NCBI RefSeq assembly: GCF_018350175.1
Contig: NC_058373.1
Coordinates: 110,858,001-110,922,000, forward strand
Direction of reading: 5' to 3'
From: Felis catus
Lineage: Eukaryota
Length of the DNA stretch: 64,000 bases
Shown here: piece by piece, positions 38,201-51,609 of the stretch
Numbering within the stretch: position 1 is the first letter of the stretch
How the letters are laid out: each line of letters begins with the position of its first letter
Translations under genes and position numbers: made by a program
Notes under the pieces: generated by a model
Seen by the model: only the letters and a program-made list of their open reading frames with translations
Databases searched by the model: none
What the model was told of the DNA's origin: nothing

Positions 38201-41200
38201 AGAGCAGCTCAACCCTGTGGACTGGACCAGGAACAAACCTGGACAGGAAGGAGAGGTGAAAAGTTGGAAGTTGGCTGAGTCCCACTCAAACGTGAATCAG
38301 TGGGGAGAGAGACGAACAGGAGATGCCACTGATGCCACCAGCCCCAGCAGCTGTGCTGGAGAAAGTGTACTCCTCTCAGAGGCTGCCCAAGATCCCTCCC
38401 AGTGCTTTCCCAGCAACAAATATTTAGAAAGCTGAGCTCTTGGTTTTACCTTCTCTGAAGTGCAATCAGGTGCGTGGGCAAGGTTGAATCCCAAGACAGA
38501 CCAAGGCGCCCAGATGAGACTGCTGTCCTATCAAGGCTGTCAGCATGATGGTGGGGGTGGTGGCGAAGGGCTCCCACGGACAGCGGAGCTGTGCGTGTTC
38601 ATCTATGCAAGGCACGTGGGCATCAGGAGCACTGTGTTCTTACTTGCCTGTCATTTATCATGTTTGCTCATTCATTCATGATTGACTAAAATATGTACCA
38701 AGGCCCAACTAGAGGGCAGACACTATGCGAGGCAATTCTGAGTAAGACAAGAGGTGCCCTGTCCTCATAGAGTTTATATTCTGGCCGTAAGGTACCCAGT
38801 GAAATAAGCAATTATAGTCAGGTGTGCTGTGTGCCACCGCTGGGAAAGAAGAGGGAATTGTGGGGTCTCATGGCAGAGCTGGATGTCAGGATAAGGGAAG
38901 CGTAAGCTGGTTCCCAAAGGAAGCTCAGAAGCATTCTGTGAAGGGATAAAGGGGCAAGTCCAAACAAACGGTGTAAAGAGCAGGTGCAGGGTTCTGAAGG
39001 TGAGAAAGACCGTGGCAAAATTTAGGAAACTTACAACGTAACTAGAGGGTGAGGGCAGAGTCAGGGAGACAAGGGAGATGGGAGACTAGAGGTGCAAGGC
39101 TAGGGCCTGAATGTTGTGGGCTTTTGGAAAATGACTATCTTTCATTCAGCCTTAATTCCTCTCCAGTACCTGCCATTGAGGCATCTCCCCAGGGAACTAA
39201 AGGGATTCCAAGATCAAGTCTATAAGATAGGACAGGGACCCCAGAGCCTTCATATCCAAGAGAACAAAATGGGGTGGGGAGGCCATGAGGCAGACAAATG
39301 ACAAGTGTGGACAACCAGTGAGCTGTGAAGTAAGCCACTTCCTCTATGAACGTGTGCACACTCACACATTCGTATACATACACCCCAGACACACACCGGT
39401 ACTGATATCCCACACACACACAAACAGATGCATGCTTGATGAAGAAATGATGCAAGCTCACTAATCCAAGTGTAAATGCAGTGCTGTCGCCCTTATTTTT
39501 CAGACACAGAATCACTCCAGACTCCTTTTTCCCCAGTCCAATTAATCAATCCCACCACATCCCTTCGAGGTAAGACAGAAGCCAGAATTATCCATCTTAA
39601 TTGCACAAGGAAGAAAACGAAGGCCTAACACAGGATGAGGGCTCCCCAAGGTCATCTAGGGAATTACTGCTATGGCTAGGGCTAACGGCCAGGCTGTAGC
39701 CTGATTCATCCCCTTCTACCAGGCAGATTTTTAGGGAAGCAGATTCGATTTAGGCGAGAGAAGAACATGGCACACGGGGACAGAAGGTATTCCCCAGCAT
39801 CCAGGACTTGACAAAGGTGTTTGCTTCTCAGGGAAGGGGAGATATAAGGTGGGGAAGCCAGTCATGACTCCAAACAAAGCATGCCCTGCAATTCCAGGCC
39901 TGTGCCCAGGAAGACCCTCATCCCTTACACAGCCTGTCATCTTCCACAAATGGACACACGAGTTCCATGGCTGAGATTTCTCACTCAACTGCTTGGGCAA
40001 AGAGAGCTGGGAAGGACTCCATCCCCCCCATGCCTTCCCCCCAACCCCTGCTTCCCTGAAGGGGAGCGACTGCTGGCTCCCAGCTCCAAGCAAGACAGAG
40101 ACTGACAGGCTGACCACCTCCTGCTGGCCTGCAAGCCTGTCCAGTGGCCCCTGAGAAGGGCCGAGCTGCCAGACGCAGGAGGTGAGGTAAGATCAGATCC
40201 TGCTTGCAGGAGGTAACCGGACCCTGGCTCTCCTTCTTGTCTTAGGCTATTTTTAAGAGCGGCTGAGAGAGGCCCAGGCCATGGGCTGGTGGAGGGTGGG
40301 GGGGGGTGGGTAGTCAGTGAGATTACCTTTGCCATGGCTCCGTAAATAAGTCTGCCCCAGAAAGATGAGCCTGAGCAGGCACACCAGCAGGCCCAGCATT
40401 CAAGACAAGATTGATGGCCCTGGGTGCAGAAGAGCAGCCACTAGACAGCAATTCATCCTGCTTAAAAACGCCATGCCTCCTGCCACCGTGGCTCAGAGAA
40501 GGGAGCGGTCAGGCAGCGGCTTGGCAGGGAATGTGATAAAACTCACACGTATGTCTAAATACACAAGTCTAGGGTTTGGGGCGAGGGGGTTGTTTTGTTT
40601 TTAGGAGGTCAGGTCCTCGAAGGCAACCACCAGGGAAAAAAGATGCAGAAATGAAAGGGAAGCCCTCTTCCTCTTGCCCCATAGCTGTGCCCACCCCGGT
40701 GGCCTGCCCAGATGGCGTCCCTTCAGAGCCAAGGGAGGCGGGGGTAGTGTGCTCGGTGGTTCAGCAAGGGGAGAATCTCACAGAATCAGGTGCGAGAGGC
40801 AGAAGAGAAGAAAATCTGAAAATGGGAAAGCTACAGATGGTTATTCCAGGAACACAAAAGCAGAAACAAAACCCCAAACAAGGCCTGGAAGGTCATGGAA
40901 ATGACAAGTTGGTATCTGAGGGGAAACTGAGGGTCAGGTAATCCGGTCACATTTTTTAGGATATAAGTCATCTATGCATCTAGAATGGGCCTCCATTAAG
41001 TATGAAAGACAGCAAGCACCTGGCTAACATTAGACCTTAAGCTGCACCTCACCCCACTGCCAGCAAACCCAGGAGAAAGGACATACGTAGCTCCTTGTCA
41101 TTTCACTCCCCAGTTCACCCTCAAGTTCCTAAGAAGCTTCTCCCAACCCACCAGACCCTTGTCAAAGCAGAGGTGGGGCTTCTCTGGCCTGTGTGACTCT

Positions 41201-43223
41201 GCCTGGGAAAGCCCACCTTCCCTGTCCATTTGCCTATCGCAGTGGGGCAGGCCTGTCTCCCAATGTGCAGTCCAGAGGCTCGCCCTCACCTGCTGAACTT
41301 CTGCCACTAAGGCCAGGTTATATTTTGATCAGCATGGGTTCCTAGAAGACTTGCCCACAGCTCAGAACGGAAAAGCTCATCTGATCGTACAGGGCACTCA
41401 CTCACAGAAGGAGTGCCTGCCTGGTAAATGGATTTCACAATATCACCGCCACAGCTCATAGCTCCACCCTTCACATTGTGCCCAGGACCTCATCCGCTTC
41501 CGAGATCGGGTGTTAGTCTCAGAATCTCAGCCTCACATGCTATGCCCAGGTAATCCCTGGGGCAGCTGGGACCCCAGCAAGTGGCAGCAGTGGCAACAGC
41601 AGCAGCAGCTGCTTCTCCCCCGCCTGCAGGGTGCTGCCGGAGCCCTAGCTAGAGCTCGCTTCAGGCTTCCTGCAGCACTGAGCAGGAGGCTGGATGCACT
41701 GCCCTTTTCTTCCCCACCCCATCTCCTCTTCCCTGGGCTGCTTAGATGAGAAGCAACAAAGCCCAAAGGTCTACTTCAGGAGTGGGAAATGGGGGAGGGG
41801 GGAACACAGGGTGATGCTGTTCTTCCTTCACAGGGTCACAAGTCACAGGCTGTTGCAAAGGCTTAGATGGAGTCTTCCTTAAACAGAGAATTTGGACCCA
41901 TTCTACCTTTAACTTTCCCTCTAGTTGTAAGGTTGGACTTTTCACTTGCTTCCTATTTTGTTCTGCCCCTTGATGCTACGCCAAACCTGCTTTTAACATA
42001 TTTTGATACTATGGCAATCCAGGTCAGGAGATTAAATCCTGAAGTCTCCCTGGTAACTTTCCTGCCAGTGCATTTACTAAAACAGAACACCCTCCTACTC
42101 CATCTCCATGCATATTCCCAGATACCTTAAAGAGCAAATACATACTAAAACAGCGTGAGAACCAATGAGACGCCCAGTACAGAGTACACTAAATCTATCT
42201 TAAACCTTAATCTCCTCCTACCCCCAAGCTCTAGTCTAGCACCTCCATCCGTCTACCAGATATCACTACCTAAAAATTATAGCTCAGTCTCAATATGGCT
42301 AAGTCTGAGAACATGGCTCCCAGGACAGAACAGGGGAGTTTCTGGACCATGGGGTGACAGTGAGGCCCAGTGAGGTAAGCATGCCACCTGTGGGTGACTT
42401 TTCCAGCAGAGGGGGACACCATCGGCAGTGCCAGGACCAAGTTGCTTCCCCTCCCCAGAGCACATGCTGCTTTTCCACACTCTGCAGTTCCCATCCCAAT
42501 CTGCCCTGGCCACCAGTCCATCAGTGGCAGAGTATAGTTAGGTGTTCTTAAAGGGTCAAGATTCCTATCCAGGGTTGCCACCTTCAAGGATCCCCATGTA
42601 CTTGCATTACCCTGGCCATTCGAGTCCACAGCTGTTTGGTAAGGCCTTACCCAGACCCGTCTGCTCCAGTTTCTGTCACTAGGCAGGGACTTTAGGCCCA
42701 CATGTCACAACTTGTCCACTCTCATCATGGAAAAATGTCCTACTAAGAACTGGCTCCAGTTATGCTGCAGCTGCTGGAATGGGAGTGGGGGTATGGTGGG
42801 ATCATGATCCCAACAGTTCTTATAGGGATTTGGTTGGAGAACAGGTGCAGCTTAGCACTGATAGAGGGCTGATAGGGCAATCCCTACATCTTAACAGCAT
42901 CTATCAGCACCTCACGTCCTACACAGAGGCAAATGTCCACTGGGAGTGATTAAAGAAGACAGGAGAAATGATACTTTTAGTATACATAGTTTCCAAAGAC
43001 AATCCTCTACTGGGAATCTTGGGCTCAATATCTATCTACATTTACAGAAAACTGTTACAACCCAGTCCTACCTCTTATCTTTACTAACTCACTTCTTTCA
43101 GGATAACTACTGGCTTCCTCTCCCAGAATAAGTAATATTCTATGGTATTTGAATGAAAAGTTGAATGCCCAATTTATTTTCTTCCACAAAGACTTTTCCA
43201 GAATACTCACAGTGGCCTCTCTG

Positions 43224-43433
43224 TTTTTTAATGGTTATTTTTGAGAGAGACAGATACAGAGAGACAGAGTGTGAGCAGGGGAGGGGCACAGAGAGAGACA
43301 GGGAGAGAATGTGAAGCACGCTCCAGGCTCTGAGCTGTCAGCACAGAGCCCGAGGTGGAGCTCGAACTCATGAACCATGAGGTCATGACCTGAGCTGAAG
43401 TCAAACACTTAACCCACTGAGCCACCCAGGTGC
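43224..43433 (-). mobile_element. Can-SINE
   Basis: Reverse head and GAGA tract. Confidence 0.88.
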
Positions 43434-43679
43434 TGCATGACCTTTCTCTTCTTCAGTGAAAATTGTCAGGGAGGTAGTAAGATCTCAATTTTGGAGGTGG
43501 TTAAAAGTAAGTTGAAATAATAGATTTGAAATAATCATTGAGATATTTCTAATGAAGTAATTGATTCAGAAAAATATAAAAAAATAAGATAATTATATAA
43601 GTCAATGGAGAACTATACAATACAATCAAGCTCCCAACGCTTGAATTCACTGATGAATCTTAGTATCATTAAGAATAGG

Positions 43680-44355
43680 ACAGCTAGATACTGGGTGTCT
43701 CCTGAGATGATACAATATGAAGGAAATCATGACCATTGACATTCTTGTCAAAAAAGTTAACCTCAATCTGATCAATCCTTAGAGTTAAGTTCCCATTACA
43801 GGAATTATAGGAAACCAAAAGACAGGTTAAATGACAACATGAGGAAGCAAGAGACAGACCCACAAGATGGGACATTCTGCAGATAACTGCCTCCACTTCC
43901 TCAACAAGTCAATGGCATTAAAACAAACAAAAAAGGAGGTGAAAATAGGAACTGTGTAGATCAAAAGAGACTTAGAGATGTAATAACTAATACAATGTGT
44001 ACCTCATTTGGATCTTGATTCAAGTGCTACCAAAACACATTTGGGGGACAAACAGGGACATCTGAATTATAGACTCAATATTGGATGATAACCAGAAATT
44101 ATAGTTAATTATGTTAGGTGTGATCGTGGCACTGTGGTTATCTAAGAAAATAAATGTTCTTTAGAGATGCTGAAGAATGTACAGAGGGACAGGTCATGCC
44201 ATCTGGGATTTACTTAAATATGCTTTAGCAAAGTGGGGAAGAGATGAAGTAGGAAGCCCCTACTAACTGCTGACTTTGGATGATTTACACATGGGGGGTT
44301 CATGACGCTATTCTCTCTACTTTGGTTATATGTATGAAAATTTGTACAATAAAAA
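43680..44355 (+). mobile_element. Old L1 (L1MC/ME-type) 3' fragment
   Basis: GGGACATTCTGCAGATAACTG...AAGAGACTTAGAGA...ATTCTCTCTACTTT...AATAAAAA resembles an L1M 3' end. Confidence 0.6.
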
Positions 44356-45074
44356 TGTTCATTTATTATTAAAATTAAATTTTGTCAATTTTATTTAAAA
44401 CAGTCATATGCCCTAGGTACAACTGGAACATAGAATAAATGTCAACTCCTTTACCATGCCCAGCGTGGTCTGGCTTCTGCCTCCCTCTCCAAGCTCATCT
44501 CCCCATACTCACTAGATGCAACCTGCAAACCTTTCAGTTCTTCCAACCTGCCATTTCTTCCCCAGTTCAGGCTCTGGTGCATGCTGTGCCTTTGGTCTGG
44601 GATACTTTCTGGACCACCTTTGCATGTTTGGCCCTTCAGGTCTCCTCTTAGATATCATCCCCTTGTGGGAGACCTCCTGAGCACCCTGTCTCAGGTAAAT
44701 CCTTTGTCAGCTTCAGTCTGTGCATCCTGCTTGACCCCTTCCTAGCACTCATTGCAACAGTAATTACTCATACATCTATCGGTTTGTGTTTTGCTTCCTC
44801 CTGCATAGACTATAGGTTCCTCACAGGCACCAGCCATGTTAGTCCTACTCATGATTATATTCCGGTGCTTAGCTTTGCGCTCGGGACACATGGTCATTGA
44901 ATCAATATTCTCCTCTTAGGGACCAAAGCTCAAGCTCTGGAACCTCTTTAAACCCCTCTGTCCCACCATATTCCCTGATCCAAGCACTACTTATTAGGCA
45001 CTTATCTATTCATCACCAAAGCCAGTCATTATGCCTCTTTACAGTGTCTTCCTTTTGTCGTTCCTTTATGTTCT

Positions 45075-45300
45075 TTTTTTTTTTTTAATTTTTTTTTCAA
45101 CGTTTATTTATTTTTGGGACAGAGAGAGATAGAACATGAACGGGGGAGGGGCAGAGAGAGAGGGAGACACAGAATCGGAAACAGGCTCCAGGCTCTGAGC
45201 CATCAGCCCAGAGCCCGACGCGGGGCTCGAACTCACAGGTCGCGAGATCGTGACCTGGCTGAAGTCGGACGCTTAACCGACTGCGCCACCCAGGCGCCCC
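45075..45300 (-). mobile_element. Young SINEC_Fc-type SINE
   Basis: CpGs intact; 19-bp TSD TGTCGTTCCTTTATGTTCT at 45056-45074 and 45302-45320. Confidence 0.94.
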
Positions 45301-46719
45301 ATGTCGTTCCTTTATGTTCTAAAGCCTCTATTTCACTTGAGGCCCTTATGACTTCCCACCTGGACTTGTGTAATGGTCCATCTCTGTCGAGGCTTGACCC
45401 CTTCAATCTATCTGGAATGGCCCTTTTCATGACTACATGCCTCTACTCTGTAACAAGACCATCACACAGTCTAGCAAAGCCCCACACTGTCCAGTGCTGA
45501 GCTCATACTTTCTCTTATGCTAAGTCTGCTCCAACCAGGAAGGTACACATGTCTCCCAACCCCCACCACTGTGTCAGATGCCTCTACAACTGTATTTGTG
45601 CCACACTCCACATGCTGAAATTTAGGCATCTCTCCTCTCTCCTGGCAATTTAAAACAACTTTCAAACATTTAGAAGCACAATATACAACATCGTCCTGGA
45701 ATCTGAGGTGAGGTCACCTTTCTCCTCCTACCCAACCCCATGGATTATTCACTGCCTGTACATCCAAGTGGAGAGGGCAACGGAGATGGGCTCAGGGAAT
45801 GCTGATGGTGACCTGTGCACAGACTTCCCCTTTTCAGTGCCACATCCTCCTGAATCTCATTGCTATTTTCAAGTGAGGCCAGATCTTCGTTGTCTCGCCT
45901 TCTGTCCATCCTTCCAATCTTGGGAGGAAGATGAATCTTTAGTTTTTTCTCCCATCCATCTTCATTTTAACATGCTCAAGTCTTTCCCATCTTAAATAAA
46001 ACTCTTACTTGCCATATTTTCTCTTCCTCTCAGAGTCAAATTTCTTGACAAATGTGCCAAGAATATGAACAGGTGACTTACGAAAGAGGAAATACAAAAG
46101 ACTAAAAGCCTATGAATAGATACTCAAGGTTATTACTGACCCAAAAAATACAGATTAAAGCAAGAAAGAGATCCTATAGGCAAACATTATCTAGCTGAAT
46201 AATGTGAAGTGTAGATGGTGATATGTAGAGTGGGAACCTTGTACCCTGCTGGTAGGAGTGTGAATTGGCCTAGCCATTCCAGAGGGCATTCTGCCAGTTC
46301 TCAGGAGGCAGGTTACATATCTGCAACTCTGTTCCTGGCCTTATAGACCAAAGAAATTCTCATGCAGGTCTGAAAGGGGTCATGTGCAAGGATGTTCACT
46401 GCAATATTGATTATGGGGGGTGAGTGGGCAGGTAGAAATAACCTGTGTGTCCCTTGCTGGGGGGATGGACAGTAAAATGTAGTGAATGCACACAATGAAG
46501 ACACATGGCAGCACTGGAGAATCTTAAAAACACAGTGATGGATAAAATAAATAAGAAACATAATAAGATCTATAACACACCACTGAAAAAAATTTTAAAT
46601 ACATACAAAACAATACATATAAGAGCATATTACAAACAAGAGGCAAACTCCTAAACACATGAAAATGGCCACCTCTAGATTGGAATGAGGGGAATGGAGA
46701 AGGTAAAAGAAAATAAAAG

Positions 46720-47213
46720 GAAATCAACACCAAAAAAACCCCAAACAATCCGATTAAAAAATGGGCAGAGGACCGGAGTAGACATTTTTCCAAAGAAGAC
46801 ATACAGACATATGAAAAGATGCTCAGCATCACTCATCACCAGGGAAATGCAAATCAAAACCACAATGAGAAACCACCTCACACCTGTTAGAATTGCTGAA
46901 ATCAAGAAAGACAACAAACAAGTGTTGATGAGGATGTGAAGGATGTGGATGAAACTTGGGCACTGTTGCTAGGAACGTAAACTTGGGCACTGGTGCAGCC
47001 ACTGCAGAAAACAGTATGGAGGTTCCTAAAAAAATTAAAAATAGAAATGCCATATGATCCAGTAATTCCACTATTGGGTATTTACCCAAAGAAAACAAAA
47101 ACACTAACTCAAAAAGGTATATGCATCCCTATGTTTACTGCAGCATTATTTATAAGAGCCGAGATGTGGAAGCAATCCAAGTATCTATCAATAGACAAAT
47201 GGATAAAGAAATG

Positions 47214-47263
<50 letters not shown>

Positions 47264-47745
47264 GACTATGAAACAGCCATAAAAAGGATGAGATTGTACC
47301 ATTTGAGACAACATGGGTGGACCTGGAGGTATTATGCTAAGTGAAATAAGACTGAAAAAGACAAATATCATCTGATTCATCTCATAAATAGAATCTAAAA
47401 AAAATGAGTAAACAAGCAAAAAGCAGAATCAGAACTCTCAATACAGAGAATAAACTGGTTGCCAAAGGGGAGGGAGGTGGGGGCTTGAGCAGGATGGATG
47501 AAGGGGAGAGGGAGGTAGGCCTCCAGTTACAGAAGGAGTAGGTCACAGGAATTAAGAGCAGAGCGTGGGGAGTGCAGTCAGTGATATTGTGACAGCAAAG
47601 TAATGAGACAGATGGTAGCTATACTTATGGTGAACATAGCATAATGTATAAACTTGTCAAATCACTGAGTTGTGCACCCGAAGCTAATGTAACATTGTGT
47701 GTCAACTATACTTAAATTAAAAAAAGACTTGTTAAAAAAAATAAA
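46720..47745 (+). mobile_element. Carnivore L1 3' end (ORF2 C-terminus plus 3'UTR) with an internal (CA)n tract, inserted in older L1 debris starting near 46050
   Basis: Translations HMKRCSASLITREMQIKTTMRNHLTPVR and VWRFLKKLKIEMPYDPVIPLLGIYPK are L1 ORF2; A tail near 47735. Confidence 0.9.
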
Positions 47746-47899
47746 AGAAAAAAGAACAGTCAATCGACCATGAACCAACCAGGAGAGGGGCCTTTCCCTA
47801 GAAAATGAGATGATAAACTGAGATGTATAATAACCTCTGCTCCTAAGGTAAATATAGATATAGTATATTTACATTCATGAGAACTTCCTCATCTATACG

Positions 47900-49260
47900 A
47901 CACTCACTCTTCAATTCACTGAAATCTGGTTTCCCCCATTCACTTCATGAAACTATTCTCTCCAAAGGTCACTGACACCTCCCTTCCTTGTTGATTAAAA
48001 TCATAGATGCTTTTCAGGTCTTATCTCGACTTCTCAGCAGCATTAAGCTCTGTTGGCCATTCAAAAAATTTCCTGAAGTTGCATCCTTATCTTCCAGGAC
48101 ATACTCCTTGTCCTCTCTGAACCTTCTTGTCCTTTCTCCTTGATCTGCTCAGTGGGCTATTCTTCCTGTATCTCTCACTTGGATGGGATGTTCCCCAGAG
48201 TTCAACCCTGGGTCCTCTTCTCCTTCTTCCTCTGTCTACACACTCTTTTAGGCTATTTCGTTCACTCTCATGACATCATGACCTGAATTACCATCTCATG
48301 CTAATGGCTTCTGAATCTATCTCCTCAATTACTATCCATCAATCCAATTGCCTTCCGAACATTCACCTGGAAGACCCACAGGCCCCTTACACTCAACATG
48401 ATCCCCAGCTGAAAATATGACCATCCCTGTCCCAGTCTTTCCTGTCATGTTTCTCATTCGCCAATATCCCAATGGTCCAAACCAAATGCTGGGGTCATGT
48501 TCTACCCCTCTTTCTTTCCCAGTATCTCACTAACTCATTCCCCTCAATGTCTCTCAAATCTCTATTCTCTGTCTCTACTTCTCCTCCTCACTTCTGGCAA
48601 CCATCATCTTAGGTCTAATTGTTTCCTTTTGATTTCTTTGGATCTATATTTTCCTTTTTGTCTATTGTATCAATCTACCCTCTATACTATAGCTAGAAAT
48701 ATTATCTTAGAATACAAATATGATGATATCATTTCTATACTTTAATAGCTCTTCTTTATCTTGGAAGAAAGTTTAAAACCCATAAAAAATTGAGGTCAAA
48801 GCCTTTCATGATCAATCCCTTCACTGAACACCATTTCCATCCAAACCTTCTTCCCAACTTCCCCAGTCTTACATCCCCACCATAATGAACTCTATTCGGA
48901 TCCCTGGCTCTCTCTGGCCATGTTATTTGCACATACTAAGCCCAGAAAACTCTCCCTCTTCTTTGGAATAATTTCTTGTCTTTCAGATCTTAGTCATCAC
49001 TTCTTTCAAGAAACTTCCCCATCTCCACCACCATCCCCTGCAGCTGTGGGAGGCAGGGGTGATTCTTCTAGGTTCCCATCACACTCAGGGCTCATGTTCA
49101 TCAAAGTGCTTAACTATGTTGTAGGATGATAATCTATTTCTCTTCTTTCCCAATAGACTGTATGCTGCTTGAAGTCAGGGACAATCCCTATTCATTCTTT
49201 TTATCCCAATAGCCTAGCATACAGCCAAATGTGTGAAATGAGGCTACTGAATGTTGAAAA
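47900..49260 (+). mobile_element. Degraded L2 fragments
   Basis: Pyrimidine-rich; GAAACTATTCTCTCCAAAGGTCAC, CTCAACATG and TAGACTGTATGCTGCTTGAAGTCAGGGAC are L2-like motifs. Confidence 0.55.
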
Positions 49261-50291
49261 AATAGATGAAAACTGAGAAATGTAGAGCACTGCTACTTAA
49301 GAGGTTAAGGATGGCTCCTGCTGAGGACACACCATTTGGAGGCTCATTTGAAGGTGAAGGTAAAGAGGGGGCTGGGAATGTGGCATGTAGCAGCAGTTGC
49401 ATGGATTCAAGCCGGGCATCAATGCCCTGATGTTGTCAGTGTTGCCCCTGTCTCAACCATACATTCCTGCCATCTCCTCCTTTTTTGGCTGGAATGTAGT
49501 TGCACAAGGGGTGGACAGTGGCCCAAGCTCCTCCTAATGTCTACAAATCTTGACACTCTTCAGAGTAGCTCTGATTCAACCCTGCCTCAATTTCCTCACA
49601 CAAAACATTGATGAAAGCAGCAGCTTCTCACCCAGAATTCCTCTAGACAGAGAAGTCCTACCCCACTTAGCTGGGAAGTCTTTTATTTATTCTTTCTGGA
49701 GTCACAGAAATGTCAGTCACAGAATGGTTTCTATCCATAATCTCCACCACACAAATGAAAAGAGCTATTTTAAAAGTTGGACCTATAAATAATATATAAG
49801 ATATGGGTGCCAATTTAATTATTCATTCATGTTGGAGCTTTTAAAATAATTAAATAAAAATTAACCTTTTAAAAGGTACTCAGGCCCACAAAGACTCCTG
49901 AGGGAATGGATGTTGGCCAGAGAATTGCCCCACCCTTGGCCAGGACACAAGGCTGACACAATGAGACCATCTTCTGGAGACATAAGGGAAGTTGCCTGCA
50001 AGGGGCAGCTCTAGTCTTGCAGCAAAGACAGTGCAGCCTCTTCAGGCCAGGCAGAGCCAGTTCTCAATGTGTATAACCTCTTAGGCCTGCAGAGAGAGCA
50101 CCTCTCAGCCACTATAATCTATTAAGCCCCTTCCCTGGGCTCTGCTGATAGACAAGCACCAGATGCTACATCATGTAGTCATTCTGCTGCCCACAGTCCT
50201 CAGGAAAAATGCTTGGCCCTTGGTAGGACTGTGTAGCAAAGCCCAGGGTTAGGACGGGAACCTGTAATTTATTAAGATCTTCATGCAGATT

Positions 50292-50746
50292 GGGGCGCCT
50301 GGGTGGCTCAGTCAGTTAAACGGCTGACTTTGGCTCAGGTCATGATCTCATGGTCCGTGAGTTCAAGCCCCGCGTCGGGCTCTGTGCTGACAGCTCAGAG
50401 CCTGGAGCCTGTTTCGGATTCTGTGTCTCCCTCTCGCTGACCCTCCCCCATTCACGCTCTCTGTCTCAAAAATAAATAAACGTTAAAAAAAAAATTAAAA
50501 GGGGCGCCTGGGTGGCGCAGTTGGTTAAGCGTCCGACTTCAGCCAGGTCACGATCTCGCGGTCTGTGAGTTCGAGCCCCGCGTCGGGCTCTGGGCTGATG
50601 GCTCAGAGCCTGGAGCCTGTTTCCGATTCTGTGTCTCCCTCTCTCTCTGCCCCTCCCCCGTTCATGCTCTGTCTCTCTCTGTCCCAAAAATAAATAAACG
50701 TTGAAAAAAAATTTTTTTTTAATTAAAAAAAAAAAATTAAAAAAAA
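50292..50746 (+). mobile_element. Nested SINE pair: younger SINE (50501-~50724) inside the A tail of an older SINE (50292-50500)
   Basis: Outer TSD AAGATCTTCATGCAGATTG at 50274-50292 and 50747-50765; inner TSD AAAAAAAAAATTAAAA. Confidence 0.92.
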
Positions 50747-50847
50747 AAGATCTTCATGCAGATTGCTCCATTTAATACCTACCCCCACTCACAACTGTTA
50801 AATATTATTGTAATTACTATTATTATTGTTTCTATTTTATCAGAAGA

Positions 50848-50940
50848 CCTGAGCTGAAATCCTAACTCATGAGTTGTGTGTTCTTCTGTAAGTCACTGAA
50901 CTACTCTGTACCTGTTTCCCCATCTGTAAAATGAGGAAAA
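50848..50940 (+). mobile_element. MIR fragment
   Basis: AAGTCACTGAACTACTCTGTACCTGTTTCCCCATCTGTAAAATGAGG is the MIR core. Confidence 0.7.
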
Positions 50941-50954
50941 GACCCTGTGTTTCT

Positions 50955-51315
50955 GTGTCAGAGACTGCTTGGGTCTACCAATGTCTGATTTCTACTCTTT
51001 CTACAGACAGCTTGGAGGCATCCTCCAGTCACCTTGTGGCTGGGTATGATTGTGTGATTAAATGAGCAGAAGTGACATGCAACACTTCAAGGTCTTAGCC
51101 ATAAAAATCTTCCCATAATTGTCTTATTCTTTGCTAAATTCCTAGAACCTAGACTACTGGGCCAAGATGGAAGGAGTCTGACTGCCTGAACAACTGTGGG
51201 GAAGCAAAGCTTCTGCCTCAGTTTATAACCATTTACTCACATATGATGTGAGCAAGAAATAAAATTTTATTTTACAGTTCTTTATTAGAGCTGTTAGGGC
51301 ACCCTAATTAATATA
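50955..51315 (+). mobile_element. MLT1-type MaLR solo LTR remnant
   Basis: GAGCAGAAGTGACATG, AGATGGAAGGAGTCTG, GTGAGCAAGAAATAAAATTTTATT and terminal TAATATAC resemble MLT1 LTRs. Confidence 0.6.
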
Positions 51316-51367
51316 CCCACCACTTATCACAGAAAGCTGTTGTACACATTAAATGAAGTTACATAGA

Positions 51368-51609
51368 AGTGCCTGGGTGGTTCAGTCGGTTAAGCATCTG
51401 ACTCTTGATTTTGGCTCAGGTCATGATCTCATGGTTGGTGAGATCAAGCCCCACATTGGGCTCTGTGCTGGCAGTGCAGAGCCTGCTTGGGATATATTCT
51501 CTCTTTCTCTGTCTCTCTCTCTCTCTCTCCCTTCTTCTCTCTCTGCCCCTCCCCTGCTTGCATTCTCTCTTTCCCCAAATAAATAAACTTTAAAAATGAA
51601 AAAAAAATA
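51368..51609 (+). mobile_element. Can-SINE
   Basis: TSD ATGAAGTTACAT at 51353-51364 and 51611-51622. Confidence 0.88.

Noticed and set aside
37853..38236. 127-aa minus-strand ORF as an N-terminal extension of SPTB through the 37940 donor
   Set aside because: It starts at TTG, and although the phase matches, the spliced frame hits TGA (GGA CCC TTC CAT GAA GAC TGA) before the SPTB ATG
42797..42812. Perfect 16-bp palindrome TGGGATCATGATCCCA
   Set aside because: About one such palindrome is expected by chance in 64 kb (64000/4^8)
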